Shown piece by piece: positions 1 through 8,570 of a DNA stretch of 64,000 nucleotides. A program made the translations under genes and the position numbers. A model generated the notes under the pieces. It was not told where the DNA came from, did no database searches, and saw only the letters and a list, made by a program, of their open reading frames with translations. Source of the stretch: Candidatus Calidihabitans tengchongensis (GTDB taxonomy: Bacteria; Sysuimicrobiota; Sysuimicrobiia; Sysuimicrobiales; Kaftiobacteriaceae); NCBI GenBank assembly GCA_031459615.1, contig JAVKIE010000013.1, positions 226-64,225 of the forward strand, written 5' to 3'. Every line of letters starts with the position of its first letter. Position 1 is the first letter of the stretch.

Positions 1-110
1 GTCCGGTCCGACCGGGCGGACTCCGCCTCCTTCTGGAGCCGGCGCCGCTCCAGCTCCCGCTCACGGTCCCGAACGATGTACCAGGCCAGCCACTCTTCCC
101 ACAGCGACAT
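1..110 (-). CDS. small hypothetical protein, runs off the window edge (MSLWEEWLAWYIVRDRERELERRRLQKEAES...)
   Basis: ATG at 110 preceded by a GGAGGG Shine-Dalgarno; frame open to the window edge. Confidence 0.5.
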   Translation of the reverse strand, partial: MSLWEEWLAWYIVRDRERELERRRLQKEAESARSDR

Positions 111-202
111 CGTCGCACCCTCCGCCTTCAGCCTACCCGGACACTGCGGGCGCGCCATCGGGCGGCGGGCCGAGTGTCCCCCGCCCGAACGAGCCAGGGG
201 TC

Positions 203-865
203 TCAGATCAGGCCGCGCTGCAGGGCCTTGACCACGGCTTCCAGGCGGCTGTGGGCCCGCAGCGTCATCATGATCTGCTGGATGTGGTTGCGGACGGTGG
301 CGGGGCTGATGGCCAGGGTTTCGGCAATGGCCCGCGTGCCGTAGCCGGAGGCCAGCAGGCGCAGGATCTGCGTCTCACGAGGCGACAGCAGCGGCGGGGG
401 AGGGTCGGGGCGGGGTGGGGAGGAAGGTGGCGATGCGACCAGGGCGGCGGCCCCCTCCATCACCTGGCGGAGGAATGCTTCCTGGTTGCGTTCGGCGGTG
501 ATGTCCCGCAGGATGTGGACCACAACCGGGACCTCGGTGGGGAGGACCAGAGAGGTCATGGCCACCCACAGGGGAACGCCGTCCCGGCGGCGGACCTGGA
601 GGCGCATTTCGCGGACGCGCTCTCCCGAGCGCAGCGCCCGCTGCAGCGGGCACAGGGAGGTGCAGACGATGTAGCCCTGTCCGTTGCGACCGCAGATCAC
701 CTGGGCGCAGGAACGGCCGAGGACCTCCTCGGCACGGTAGCCCAGCAGGTCCTCGGCCGCTGAATTCCACGCCACGATGAGACGGGCGGTGTCGACCGCG
801 AAGGCCGGGTCGCCGGTGCCGTCCACCAGTTCGGTGACATCGGTCAGGATGACCGGACGGGCCAT
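203..865 (-). CDS. PAS domain + LuxR-type HTH transcriptional regulator
   Basis: N-terminal PAS (IVAWNSAAEDLLGY), C-terminal LSPRETQIL...ISPATVRNH LuxR HTH; four Cys in the PAS domain. Confidence 0.9.
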   Translation of the reverse strand: MARPVILTDVTELVDGTGDPAFAVDTARLIVAWNSAAEDLLGYRAEEVLGRSCAQVICGRNGQGYIVCTSLCPLQRALRSGERVREMRLQVRRRDGVPLWVAMTSLVLPTEVPVVVHILRDITAERNQEAFLRQVMEGAAALVASPPSSPPRPDPPPPLLSPRETQILRLLASGYGTRAIAETLAISPATVRNHIQQIMMTLRAHSRLEAVVKALQRGLI

Positions 866-871
866 CGTCCC

Positions 872-1210
872 TCACTTGGCCGGCCTGGACGTCGGGTCTC
901 CCGGCAGCGTGCCGGCCTGGATCTCGGCGATGTTGGTGAAGCCGTCCTTGTCGGAGTCCAGCTTTTCGATGGCCCGGAAGGCCGCCTCCGCCCGCGTCTT
1001 GCCCTGCTTGGCCAGGTCTGCCCCGTAGGGGTTGACCTCCTTGGTGGGCGGCGTCGCGGTGTGGCAGATCAGGCAGCCCGCCTTGCCCAGGGGCGAGTCC
1101 TCCCGGGGCTTGTACAGGTTCCGGAACGTGGTGAGATCGGCCGGCAGTGCGGCCGCGGCGGTGGCCAGCGTGAGGACCACCCCCGCCACCCACAGGCTCC
1201 TCCACGTCAT
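872..1210 (-). CDS. small exported monoheme c-type cytochrome
   Basis: Signal peptide, CLICH motif, C-terminal Ca-binding-like DSDKDGFTNIAE. Confidence 0.75.
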   Translation of the reverse strand: MTWRSLWVAGVVLTLATAAAALPADLTTFRNLYKPREDSPLGKAGCLICHTATPPTKEVNPYGADLAKQGKTRAEAAFRAIEKLDSDKDGFTNIAEIQAGTLPGDPTSRPAK

Positions 1211-2385
1211 CTCTGTTCCTCCTCTCGTCGGTCTGTCTGGGGGGCCGGCGTGCCCGTCGGTGGAACCGCGCCGCTCAGGCGCGCCAGTTCGGCCATCAGC
1301 CGGGCGCGCCGGCGGCGGTACTCGTCGGGCGGCACCTCGCCCACCTCAAACCTGTCGTCCAGATCCGCGACCAACATGATCAGCTCATCCCGGGACAGGC
1401 GAAGTTCCCGCGGCGTTTCGCGCTCCGGGGATCGGCGCCGCAGGAGCGGATAGGCCAGGCCGGCGGCCAGGATGCCCACGAAAGCCGCCAGAGCCAGCCG
1501 CCGGGTGGCCGGGGCGGGGCGCGGCAGTCCGGCCACGCCGATGGAGATCCGGGCTCCGGGTGTCATCTGCCCGCCCGAAAAGTGCACGTACGTTCCCTGG
1601 TCGGTCTGGACCGATGGCTGAGCCGTCAGCGGGTCCACCTCGAACCGGGCCGCCGCCGTGCCGAACACCTCGACCCGGTCCGTGGGATACTCCAGCGTCC
1701 GGACGAGCCGGGCTGTGCCGGTGGGGGCCGGCACGAGGTACCCATACCCGATCTGGCGCATCCCGGGTTTCACGTCCATGGTGTCCACCAGGATCCCGTC
1801 CGTGACGGAGGCGCAGCAGTCCATCAGGCCCTCCAGGAACTGCACCTGGGTCGCGCCAGCCGGCAGGCTCAGCCGCAGGGTCTCGCGCTTGCCGTCGGGA
1901 CGCTGGGTCGTCCCGATGAACGTCCGGTCGGTGGTGTTGGTGACCACCAGCAGTTCGGCCACCTGGACGGCTCCCGCCGCCGCCTCGACGATGATGTGGT
2001 GGACGCTGACGCGCAGCACGGCCGGGTCGGTGGTGGGGTCGTAGACCCGCAGGGTGACCTGCCGGCGGGTCTCGCCGGCGCGGAACGTGACGGGCTCGCT
2101 GTCGTAGTCCCCGCCCTGATACTTGACGTTGACCACATAGGTCCGCTCGGGGGCGGCGGGGACCGTAAAGGTGAATCGTCCGGCGGAGTCTGTGGTGGTC
2201 TGGAACCCTTCCACCTGAGCCCCGTTGACGTAGGCTGTCAGCGTGACCAGCTGGCCGGCCACCGGCCGCCGGCCTCCGGTCAGGTTGACAACCGTCCCGG
2301 TAACCGACCCCGAGGGCACGGCCGGTGCGGCTGCCGCCGCGGCCACGCCGATGACCACCATGGCAATGGCGGCTCCGACCCTCAT
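1207..2385 (-). CDS. exported beta-rich (carboxypeptidase-regulatory-like) protein with C-terminal TM, ccm-associated
   Basis: ATG 2385 with GGAGGAG RBS; signal peptide; TTTDSAGRFTF beta-sandwich motif; C-terminal TM followed by a CcmI-like DLDDRFEVGEV..EY helix. Confidence 0.7.
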   Translation of the reverse strand: MRVGAAIAMVVIGVAAAAAAPAVPSGSVTGTVVNLTGGRRPVAGQLVTLTAYVNGAQVEGFQTTTDSAGRFTFTVPAAPERTYVVNVKYQGGDYDSEPVTFRAGETRRQVTLRVYDPTTDPAVLRVSVHHIIVEAAAGAVQVAELLVVTNTTDRTFIGTTQRPDGKRETLRLSLPAGATQVQFLEGLMDCCASVTDGILVDTMDVKPGMRQIGYGYLVPAPTGTARLVRTLEYPTDRVEVFGTAAARFEVDPLTAQPSVQTDQGTYVHFSGGQMTPGARISIGVAGLPRPAPATRRLALAAFVGILAAGLAYPLLRRRSPERETPRELRLSRDELIMLVADLDDRFEVGEVPPDEYRRRRARLMAELARLSGAVPPTGTPAPQTDRREEEQR

Positions 2386-2777
2386 CCGGCTCCTCCTTCC
2401 ACCGGGCGCCCGCACGCCGGGCAGAACCGGGCTCCCGGCGGACGGCGCTGGCCGCAGGCCGGGCACCGCCGCCGCGCCCGGGCGGCCCGGATCTCCTCAT
2501 CCAGGCTCGGGCTGGGGCGGGCGGGGACCAGGCCCAGGGCCTGAGCCGCCCGGGCCTCGTACCGCTCCCGCAGGCGCGCGTAGTCCTCGGCCGACAGTTT
2601 GCCGGTGGCGAACTCCATCTCCAGCTCCCGCAGGGCGTACAGCGCCATCCGCTTCGCCCTCTCCGCCTCGGCGGACGACGGGCCCTGCGGGACGGATTCC
2701 TGCGGCGGCCGCAGCAGCGGCCACAGGATCAGCCCGGCGGAGACCAGGATGAGAATCAGCATACCCGCCAGCTCCAC
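2382..2777 (-). CDS. CcmI-like membrane protein with C-terminal zinc ribbon
   Basis: N-terminal TM, LRELEMEFATGKLSAEDY, CPACG...CPACG. Confidence 0.75.
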   Translation of the reverse strand: MELAGMLILILVSAGLILWPLLRPPQESVPQGPSSAEAERAKRMALYALRELEMEFATGKLSAEDYARLRERYEARAAQALGLVPARPSPSLDEEIRAARARRRCPACGQRRPPGARFCPACGRPVEGGAG

Positions 2778-2783
2778 GGCCCC

Positions 2784-3248
2784 TCAGTCCTCCAGCCGCT
2801 CCAGTTCCCGCCGCACGGCCTCCCGCTGCTCCGGGGTCAGCGAGGAGGAGGGAATGGACACGAGCCGTTCGGCCCGGCGGGTCCACAGCGCCGCCAGCGT
2901 CAGCAGGACGGCTGCCCCCGCGGCCAGTGCCGCGTAAGGTCCCCACCAGGCCACCAGGTTGAATCCCCGGCGAGGGGGAGCGGCCAGCACGGCCTCGCCA
3001 TAGGAGGCCACGAAGGCGGCGCGGATCTCGGAAGCCGTCTTCCCCTCGGCCAGCAGCCGGCCCAGCGTAGCCAACATCTGGTCCCGGGGCCCGCAGACGG
3101 GGTGGTTGCAGGTGGCCAGGGTGAGCCCGCAGCCGCACTGGCAGACGAACTCCCCGGCCAGGGCGGGAGGCGGGGGCGCGGCGGCCGCCGGCAGAGCTCC
3201 CCATGCGGCCAGGGCGACCCCCACCAGCAGGAGGCGCAGCGCCGTCAT
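2784..3248 (-). CDS. ccmH: cytochrome c biogenesis protein CcmH
   Basis: Signal peptide, CQCGC...C...C variant motif, FVASYGEAVLAAP, TM; start overlaps the ccmF stop. Confidence 0.85.
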   Translation of the reverse strand: MTALRLLLVGVALAAWGALPAAAAPPPPALAGEFVCQCGCGLTLATCNHPVCGPRDQMLATLGRLLAEGKTASEIRAAFVASYGEAVLAAPPRRGFNLVAWWGPYAALAAGAAVLLTLAALWTRRAERLVSIPSSSLTPEQREAVRRELERLED

Positions 3249-5215
3249 GCGGCCTCCTCCAGGAGGTAGCGGGCCCGACCCCGCACAGCCTCGGCCCGCT
3301 CGGGCCAGAAGGCGATCACGGTGCCGACGGTGAGGACGGCGCCCCCCACCCACATCCACATCATCAGGGGGTTGATGAGCACCTGCAGGTGTGCCGTGCC
3401 GTCCTCGTCCACGCCCGCCAGGATCACGTACAGGTCGTCCAGCCAGGTGGAGCGGATGGCCACCTCGGTGAGGGGCTGGTCTTCGTGGCCCCGGTGGATG
3501 TTGCGCTGGGGCGTCAGCACGCCGGCCGGTCGGCCGGCGTTGAAGACCGTCAGGGTCGCCGCCGTGACCAGGGCCGACGGGGTGGGGTAGGTGTCCGCCC
3601 CTTCGTAGCGCAGCGTGTACCGGCCCACCGCGACCGACTGGCCCGGATGCAGGACGGCATCGGTGCTGGTGGCGAAGGCGGCGCCGGCCATCCCGGCAAA
3701 CAGCAGCACCATCCCCAGGTGCACCACGTAGCCCCCGTAGCGCCGGTGATTGCGGGCCACCAGCCGCCCCAGGGCGACCGGGTATGACTCGCCACGCCGG
3801 CGGCGGACCATCGCCGCCCGGTGCACGTCGAGCGCAATGGCCCCGGTGACGAAGGCGCACAGGGCAAAGGTCAGGACCGCCACCGGGTGGCGCACGCCCC
3901 CCGCGGCCAGGGCGGCCGCCGTCCCGGCGCCGAGGACGGCGGGGAGCAGGAAAGCCCGACGGAGGCTGGCCACGGTCGTCTTCCGCCACGCCAGCAGGGG
4001 ACACACACCCATCAGCAGCAGCAGGGCCAGCCCGATGGGGACGTTGACCCGGGTGAAGAAGGGGGCCCCCACGCTGACCTTCACGCCCCGCACCGCCTCC
4101 GACAGCAGGGGAAACGTGGTGCCCAGGAAGACCGAGAAGGCGGCTCCCACCAGGATCAGGTTGTTGAACAGGAAACTGCTTTCGCGGGACACGACCGAGT
4201 CCAGCTCGCCCGCCCCCCGCAGTGCGGGCCACCGCCAGGCCAGCAGGCCCAGGGACACCGTCAGAACCACCGCCAGGAATGCGGTGAACGGCACGCCCAA
4301 CCCGCTGGGGCCGAAGGAATGCACCGAGGACAGCACCCCGCTGCGCGTCAGGAACGTGCCGAAGATGGAGAGGGCGAAGGTGAGGATGATCAGGACCAGG
4401 TTCCAGACCTTGAGCATGTCGCGCTTTTCCTGCACCATCACCGAGTGCAGGAAGGCCGTGGCCGTCAGCCAGGGCATCAGGCCCGCATTCTCCACCGGAT
4501 CCCACGCCCAGTACCCGCCCCACCCCAGCTCCACGTACGCCCACTGCATGCCGAACAGCAGGCCCCAGGACAGGAAAAACCAGGCCAGCAGCGTCCACCG
4601 CCGCGTGGCCCGAATCCACTCGTCGTCCAGGCGCCCGGTGGCCATGGCGGCGATGGCGAAGGCGAAGGGGACGGTGAAGCCGACATAGCCCAGATACTGG
4701 GTCGGTGGGTGGAAGAACATCCCCGGGTTCTGCAGCAGAGGGTTCAGGCCGGCGCCGTCGGGCGGGGCGGCCGGCAGCCGCTGGAAGGGGCTGCTCACGG
4801 CGGCCAGCAGCAGGGTGAAGAAGGCCGACGTGCCCAGGACGGTGGCCACCACGTAAGGGAGCAGCTCGCGCCGGGCGGCGTGCCTCCAGACCACCAGCGA
4901 GCCGAACAGGGTGAGGATCCACGCCCAGAACAGCAGGCTGCCGGCCTGGCCCGCCCACCACGCCGACACCGTGTACCAGACCCCCAGATCCCGGCTGGTG
5001 TAGCTGGCGACGTAGGCGTTGCCGAAGTCTCGGGTCAGCAGGGCGTACAGCAGCACCGCCGACGCCACCGACAGCAGCAGGAAGGTGGCGTACACGGCGT
5101 GGCGGGCGCTGGCCACCAGCTGGGGCCGCCGCCGCGCCCCCAGCAGGGCCGCCGCGACCCCGTACACGGAGGTGGCGACGGCCATGTCCACGGCCAGAGA
5201 ACCGATCTCGCTCAT
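3245..5215 (-). CDS. ccmF: heme lyase CcmF
   Basis: WAGQAGSLL, HPP, WGGYWAWDPVEN, SVHSF motifs; start at MSEIGS. Confidence 0.97.
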   Translation of the reverse strand: MSEIGSLAVDMAVATSVYGVAAALLGARRRPQLVASARHAVYATFLLLSVASAVLLYALLTRDFGNAYVASYTSRDLGVWYTVSAWWAGQAGSLLFWAWILTLFGSLVVWRHAARRELLPYVVATVLGTSAFFTLLLAAVSSPFQRLPAAPPDGAGLNPLLQNPGMFFHPPTQYLGYVGFTVPFAFAIAAMATGRLDDEWIRATRRWTLLAWFFLSWGLLFGMQWAYVELGWGGYWAWDPVENAGLMPWLTATAFLHSVMVQEKRDMLKVWNLVLIILTFALSIFGTFLTRSGVLSSVHSFGPSGLGVPFTAFLAVVLTVSLGLLAWRWPALRGAGELDSVVSRESSFLFNNLILVGAAFSVFLGTTFPLLSEAVRGVKVSVGAPFFTRVNVPIGLALLLLMGVCPLLAWRKTTVASLRRAFLLPAVLGAGTAAALAAGGVRHPVAVLTFALCAFVTGAIALDVHRAAMVRRRRGESYPVALGRLVARNHRRYGGYVVHLGMVLLFAGMAGAAFATSTDAVLHPGQSVAVGRYTLRYEGADTYPTPSALVTAATLTVFNAGRPAGVLTPQRNIHRGHEDQPLTEVAIRSTWLDDLYVILAGVDEDGTAHLQVLINPLMMWMWVGGAVLTVGTVIAFWPERAEAVRGRARYLLEEAA

Positions 5216-5625
5216 GGGACCCCCTGAGTTCCTCCGGACCCGGTGGCGTCGAACTTGGAGGGGCACTTGGCGAACAGGCGCTCGGCGACGAAGCGGCCGC
5301 CGTCATAGCTGCCCTCCACGACCACCTCCCCGCCGGGCCGGAAGGTGTCCGGGACCACGCCGCGGTAGGTAACCGGGATGCGTCGGACACCGTCGGTGAC
5401 GTGGAACTCCAGGCGGCCCCCCGTCCGGTCCCACCGCACGCTTCCCGGGGCCACCGTTCCCCCCAGGCGGAGGGGGGCTCCGCTGAGCGTGGACGCCCGG
5501 TCCAGCAGTTCGCTCACCGTGACGTAATAGGTCAGGCTGCTGCGGGCCCCACTGAAGGCCAGGTATCCCCCGACGGCCGCGAAGACGACCACGGCCAGGA
5601 GGATCTTGCGATGCGGCCGGCTCAC
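5212..5625 (-). CDS. ccmE: heme chaperone CcmE (Cys-type variant)
   Basis: N-terminal TM, YYVTVSE, PDTFRPG..VVVEG, AKCPSKF. Confidence 0.93.
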   Translation of the reverse strand: MSRPHRKILLAVVVFAAVGGYLAFSGARSSLTYYVTVSELLDRASTLSGAPLRLGGTVAPGSVRWDRTGGRLEFHVTDGVRRIPVTYRGVVPDTFRPGGEVVVEGSYDGGRFVAERLFAKCPSKFDATGSGGTQGVP

Positions 5626-5753
5626 CGCCGACCCTCCCGGGCTTCCAGCTGCGCCTGCAGGGCGCGGCCCAGCCGGTGCAACCGCACCAGGTAGAGGCAC
5701 AGGCCCACCCACACGACGGCGTAGCCGATGAACAGGGCCACCAGCGGTGTCAT
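5622..5753 (-). CDS. ccmD: heme exporter CcmD
   Basis: 43-aa single-TM protein (GYAVVW..L..Y) located between ccmC and ccmE. Confidence 0.8.
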   Translation of the reverse strand: MTPLVALFIGYAVVWVGLCLYLVRLHRLGRALQAQLEAREGRR

Positions 5754-6499
5754 CGGTCCTCCCCCCTCACCCCTGGCCGGAGCGTGTTCGCCGTGGTATC
5801 GCCCGCCGCCAGCCGGTCGGCGATCGCCATCTGCTCCCGGCGCAGGCTGAACAGAATGGCGTACAGAACCGTGAAGGCCGCGACGTTGACCAGCAGCGCC
5901 TGGAGCATGGCCGGATGCAGACCCGACCCGAAGCCCTCGGCCCGCATCACCACCGGCAGCGGGTGGAGGGACCGCCACCACACCACCGAGAGGTGGATGA
6001 GGGGGATGTCGAGAAAGCCGACGATCCCCAGCACGGCGGCGAACCGGGCCGGCTGGCTGCCCGCTCCCCCGTAGGCCCGCACCATGAGGGACACCACATA
6101 GATCAACCAGAGCATGAAGGTCGTCGTCAGGCGCGGGTCCCAGCTCCACCACGTTCCCCACGCGTACCGGCCCCACACCATGCCGGTGGCGATGGCCAGG
6201 GTGGTGAAGACCACGCCCACCTCGGTGCTGGCGTGGGCGGTCAGATCATAGGCCCTGCGGCGGGTCCACAGGAATCCCACGCTGGCCACGAACACGACGC
6301 CAAACGCCAGAAACCCCACCCACGCCGACGGAACGTGGACGTAGAAGATCCGCTGGGCCGCCCGCATGGTGCGCTCCTCGGGCGCGTAGAGCAGGGCCAT
6401 GAACTGGCCGGCCACCAGAAGGGCGGCTGTCGCGGCGATGGCCGCCGCGCGCCAGTCTCTCGGCATGGCGGTGGGGCGCATCGGACTGTTCGCGCTCAC
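5750..6499 (-). CDS. ccmC: heme exporter CcmC
   Basis: RIFYVHVPSAW, WGTWWSWDPRLT WWD motif, WWRSLHP; start approximate. Confidence 0.95.
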   Translation of the reverse strand: MSANSPMRPTAMPRDWRAAAIAATAALLVAGQFMALLYAPEERTMRAAQRIFYVHVPSAWVGFLAFGVVFVASVGFLWTRRRAYDLTAHASTEVGVVFTTLAIATGMVWGRYAWGTWWSWDPRLTTTFMLWLIYVVSLMVRAYGGAGSQPARFAAVLGIVGFLDIPLIHLSVVWWRSLHPLPVVMRAEGFGSGLHPAMLQALLVNVAAFTVLYAILFSLRREQMAIADRLAAGDTTANTLRPGVRGEDR

Positions 6500-6501
6500 G
6501 G

Positions 6502-7179
6502 TCACTCCTCCAGGACGTACTCGAACACCAGGTATCCCACCACCGCGATGACCGCGTCGAACGCCACCAGCAGGCGGATCCCCGGCAGGGCGTCTGCGAG
6601 CGGCCGTCCGGCCAGGAGCCTGGCGGTGGCGCCGGCAGCGCTGATGAGCACCGGGGACGCCACCGGGAGCAGCAGGATCGGCAGCAGCACCTCCCGCATG
6701 CGGGTGTTGACCGACATGGCCGAGAACAGGACGCCGGCCACGACCAGCCCCACGCTGCCCAGGACCAGGATCAGAGCCAGGGGGCCTGCCGCCCGTCCCA
6801 GGGGGACCCCGCTGAAGACGATCATCGCCGGGATCACCAGCACCTCCACGGCCAGAAGAATCAACAGGGTGCTGATGGCCTTGGCCACATAGATCAGGGC
6901 CGGGTCGAATGGCAACAGGCGCAGCGCCTCCAGGCACCGGTCCTCCCGTTCCAGAACGAATGTCCGCGACAGCCCCAGGATGCTGGCGAAGGCCAGGGTC
7001 ACCCAGAGCATGCCGGGGGTGACGGCGACGGCCTGGGCGGGGGAGGGGGAGAAGGCGAAGGTGAACACCACGGCGGCCAGCAGGGCGAAGACGCCCATGG
7101 CGGCCGCCAGCTCGCGGGTGCGCAGCTCCAGTAGCAGATCCTTGCCCACCATCAGACCCACGGCCTGCAGACCGCTCAC
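6502..7179 (-). CDS. ccmB: heme exporter CcmB
   Basis: KDLLLELR, FVLEREDRCLEAL, LLPILLLPV; about six TMs. Confidence 0.95.
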   Translation of the reverse strand: MSGLQAVGLMVGKDLLLELRTRELAAAMGVFALLAAVVFTFAFSPSPAQAVAVTPGMLWVTLAFASILGLSRTFVLEREDRCLEALRLLPFDPALIYVAKAISTLLILLAVEVLVIPAMIVFSGVPLGRAAGPLALILVLGSVGLVVAGVLFSAMSVNTRMREVLLPILLLPVASPVLISAAGATARLLAGRPLADALPGIRLLVAFDAVIAVVGYLVFEYVLEE

Positions 7180-7880
7180 GTCTGCGCCCCCACCAGCTCG
7201 GCGTACAGCCGCTCGGCGGCCTGGCGGTCAGGAAAACCGTTGGGCGCCTGGTAGGCCACCCGGCCGTCCACCAGGATGACCACCCGGTCGGCCAGCGCCA
7301 GCCCCTGCTCGATGCTGTGGGTGGTCAGGACCACCGTCCTGCTGGACCGCATCCGGGTGAGCAGGCCGACCAGCAGATCGGCGGCCGCCCGGTCCAGTCC
7401 CACAAACGGCTCGTCCAGCAGCAGCAGCGGGGGGTCGTGCACCAGGGCCCGGGCGATGCTCAGGCGCCGGACCATGCCGTGGCTGTAGGTGCGGACGGGG
7501 TCGTGGCGGCGCCCCCACAGGCCGACTGCGTCCAGCAGCGCCTCCGCCCGCCCCCACGGGTCGGCCACCCCGTACCCCCGGGCTGCGAAGATGAGGTTTT
7601 CCAGTCCCGACAGGGCCCCGTACAGGTAGCTGTGGTGGGACACCAGCCCCAGGTGCCGGCGGAGGCGAGGGTTGTCAGCGGGGTCCTCCCCGAACAGGCG
7701 GACCCGCCCGGCGGTGGGACGCATGAGGGTGGCTGCGATCTTCAGGAAGGTGGTCTTGCCGGCCCCGTTGGGGCCAAAGATGACCACGGACTCTCCGTCG
7801 GCAACATCCAGGGTGACGCCGCGCAGGGCGCTCACGGCCCCAAAGACCTTGTGGACGTCCCGGGCCTCGACCACGCGCAC
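7176..7880 (-). CDS. ccmA: heme ABC exporter ATPase CcmA
   Basis: Walker A GPNGAGKT, YSHGM signature, LLLLDEP; GTG at 7880 with GAGGA RBS. Confidence 0.92.
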   Translation of the reverse strand: MRVVEARDVHKVFGAVSALRGVTLDVADGESVVIFGPNGAGKTTFLKIAATLMRPTAGRVRLFGEDPADNPRLRRHLGLVSHHSYLYGALSGLENLIFAARGYGVADPWGRAEALLDAVGLWGRRHDPVRTYSHGMVRRLSIARALVHDPPLLLLDEPFVGLDRAAADLLVGLLTRMRSSRTVVLTTHSIEQGLALADRVVILVDGRVAYQAPNGFPDRQAAERLYAELVGAQT

Positions 7881-8031
7881 GGAATCCTCTCCGCACGGAA
7901 TGCACGCTTTCCGGCATGCAGTGTAGGGCGGGGGGAAAACAGGTGCCATCGGGCACCTGCCCGATTCTCCCTCCCTCCGCAGCCGGAGAGCCCGATCCCC
8001 CCGGGGGCGCATGGTGCGCCTGGCGCGCGGT

Positions 8032-8047
8032 TGATGCAGTTGCATCA
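8032..8047. promoter_or_regulatory. palindromic operator candidate TGATGCA-GT-TGCATCA
   Basis: Perfect 7-2-7 inverted repeat in the divergent ccm/Rieske intergenic region; -10-like TATGTT at 8072. Confidence 0.55.
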
Positions 8048-8112
8048 TGGCGTCCGGAGCGCTCTGACGCGTATGTTTCCGATAGACACCTCATCCGGGG
8101 GGTCGGGCGGAC

Positions 8113-8565
8113 GTGTACAGCGGGACGGAGGATGTCGGCCGCATCAGGCGCCGGACGTTTCTTGACTGGCTGTTCGGCGCTGGACTGGCGATTCTGTCCG
8201 GAACGGTCCTGTACCCGGTGCTGCGCTACCTGATTCCGCCGCGGGTGAAGGAGGTGACTCACACCTCCGTGGTGGCGGGCAAGCTGTCCGAGATGCTCCC
8301 CAACTCGGGCAAGATCTTTGCTTTCGGGGGGCGCCCGGCAATCCTGCTCCGCACCCCCGAAGGGGAGGTGCGGGCGTTCAGCGCAGTGTGCACCCACCTG
8401 GCCTGCACGGTCCAGTACCGGCCGGACCTGCGGCACATCTGGTGCGCCTGCCACGACGGCCACTACGACCTCCACGGCCAGGTGCTGTCCGGTCCGCCGC
8501 CGCGGCCACTGGAACCCTACGTGGTGACCATCAAGGGAGACGACATCATCGTCTCCCGGGGGTAG
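8113..8565 (+). CDS. Rieske [2Fe-2S] subunit of a Rieske/cytochrome b complex
   Basis: Tat-like RRTFL + TM, CTHLAC and CACHDG boxes, GPPPRPL. Confidence 0.95.
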   Translation: MYSGTEDVGRIRRRTFLDWLFGAGLAILSGTVLYPVLRYLIPPRVKEVTHTSVVAGKLSEMLPNSGKIFAFGGRPAILLRTPEGEVRAFSAVCTHLACTVQYRPDLRHIWCACHDGHYDLHGQVLSGPPPRPLEPYVVTIKGDDIIVSRG

Positions 8566-8570
8566 GCGCC

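Noticed and set aside
2784-5390. 868-aa ORF as one protein
   Set aside because: Only the last 154 aa (CcmH, start 3248) are meaningful; the rest is an off-frame reading of ccmF/ccmE
8031-8048. FNR box
   Set aside because: Starts with TTGAT but spacing and right half do not fit TTGAT-N4-ATCAA
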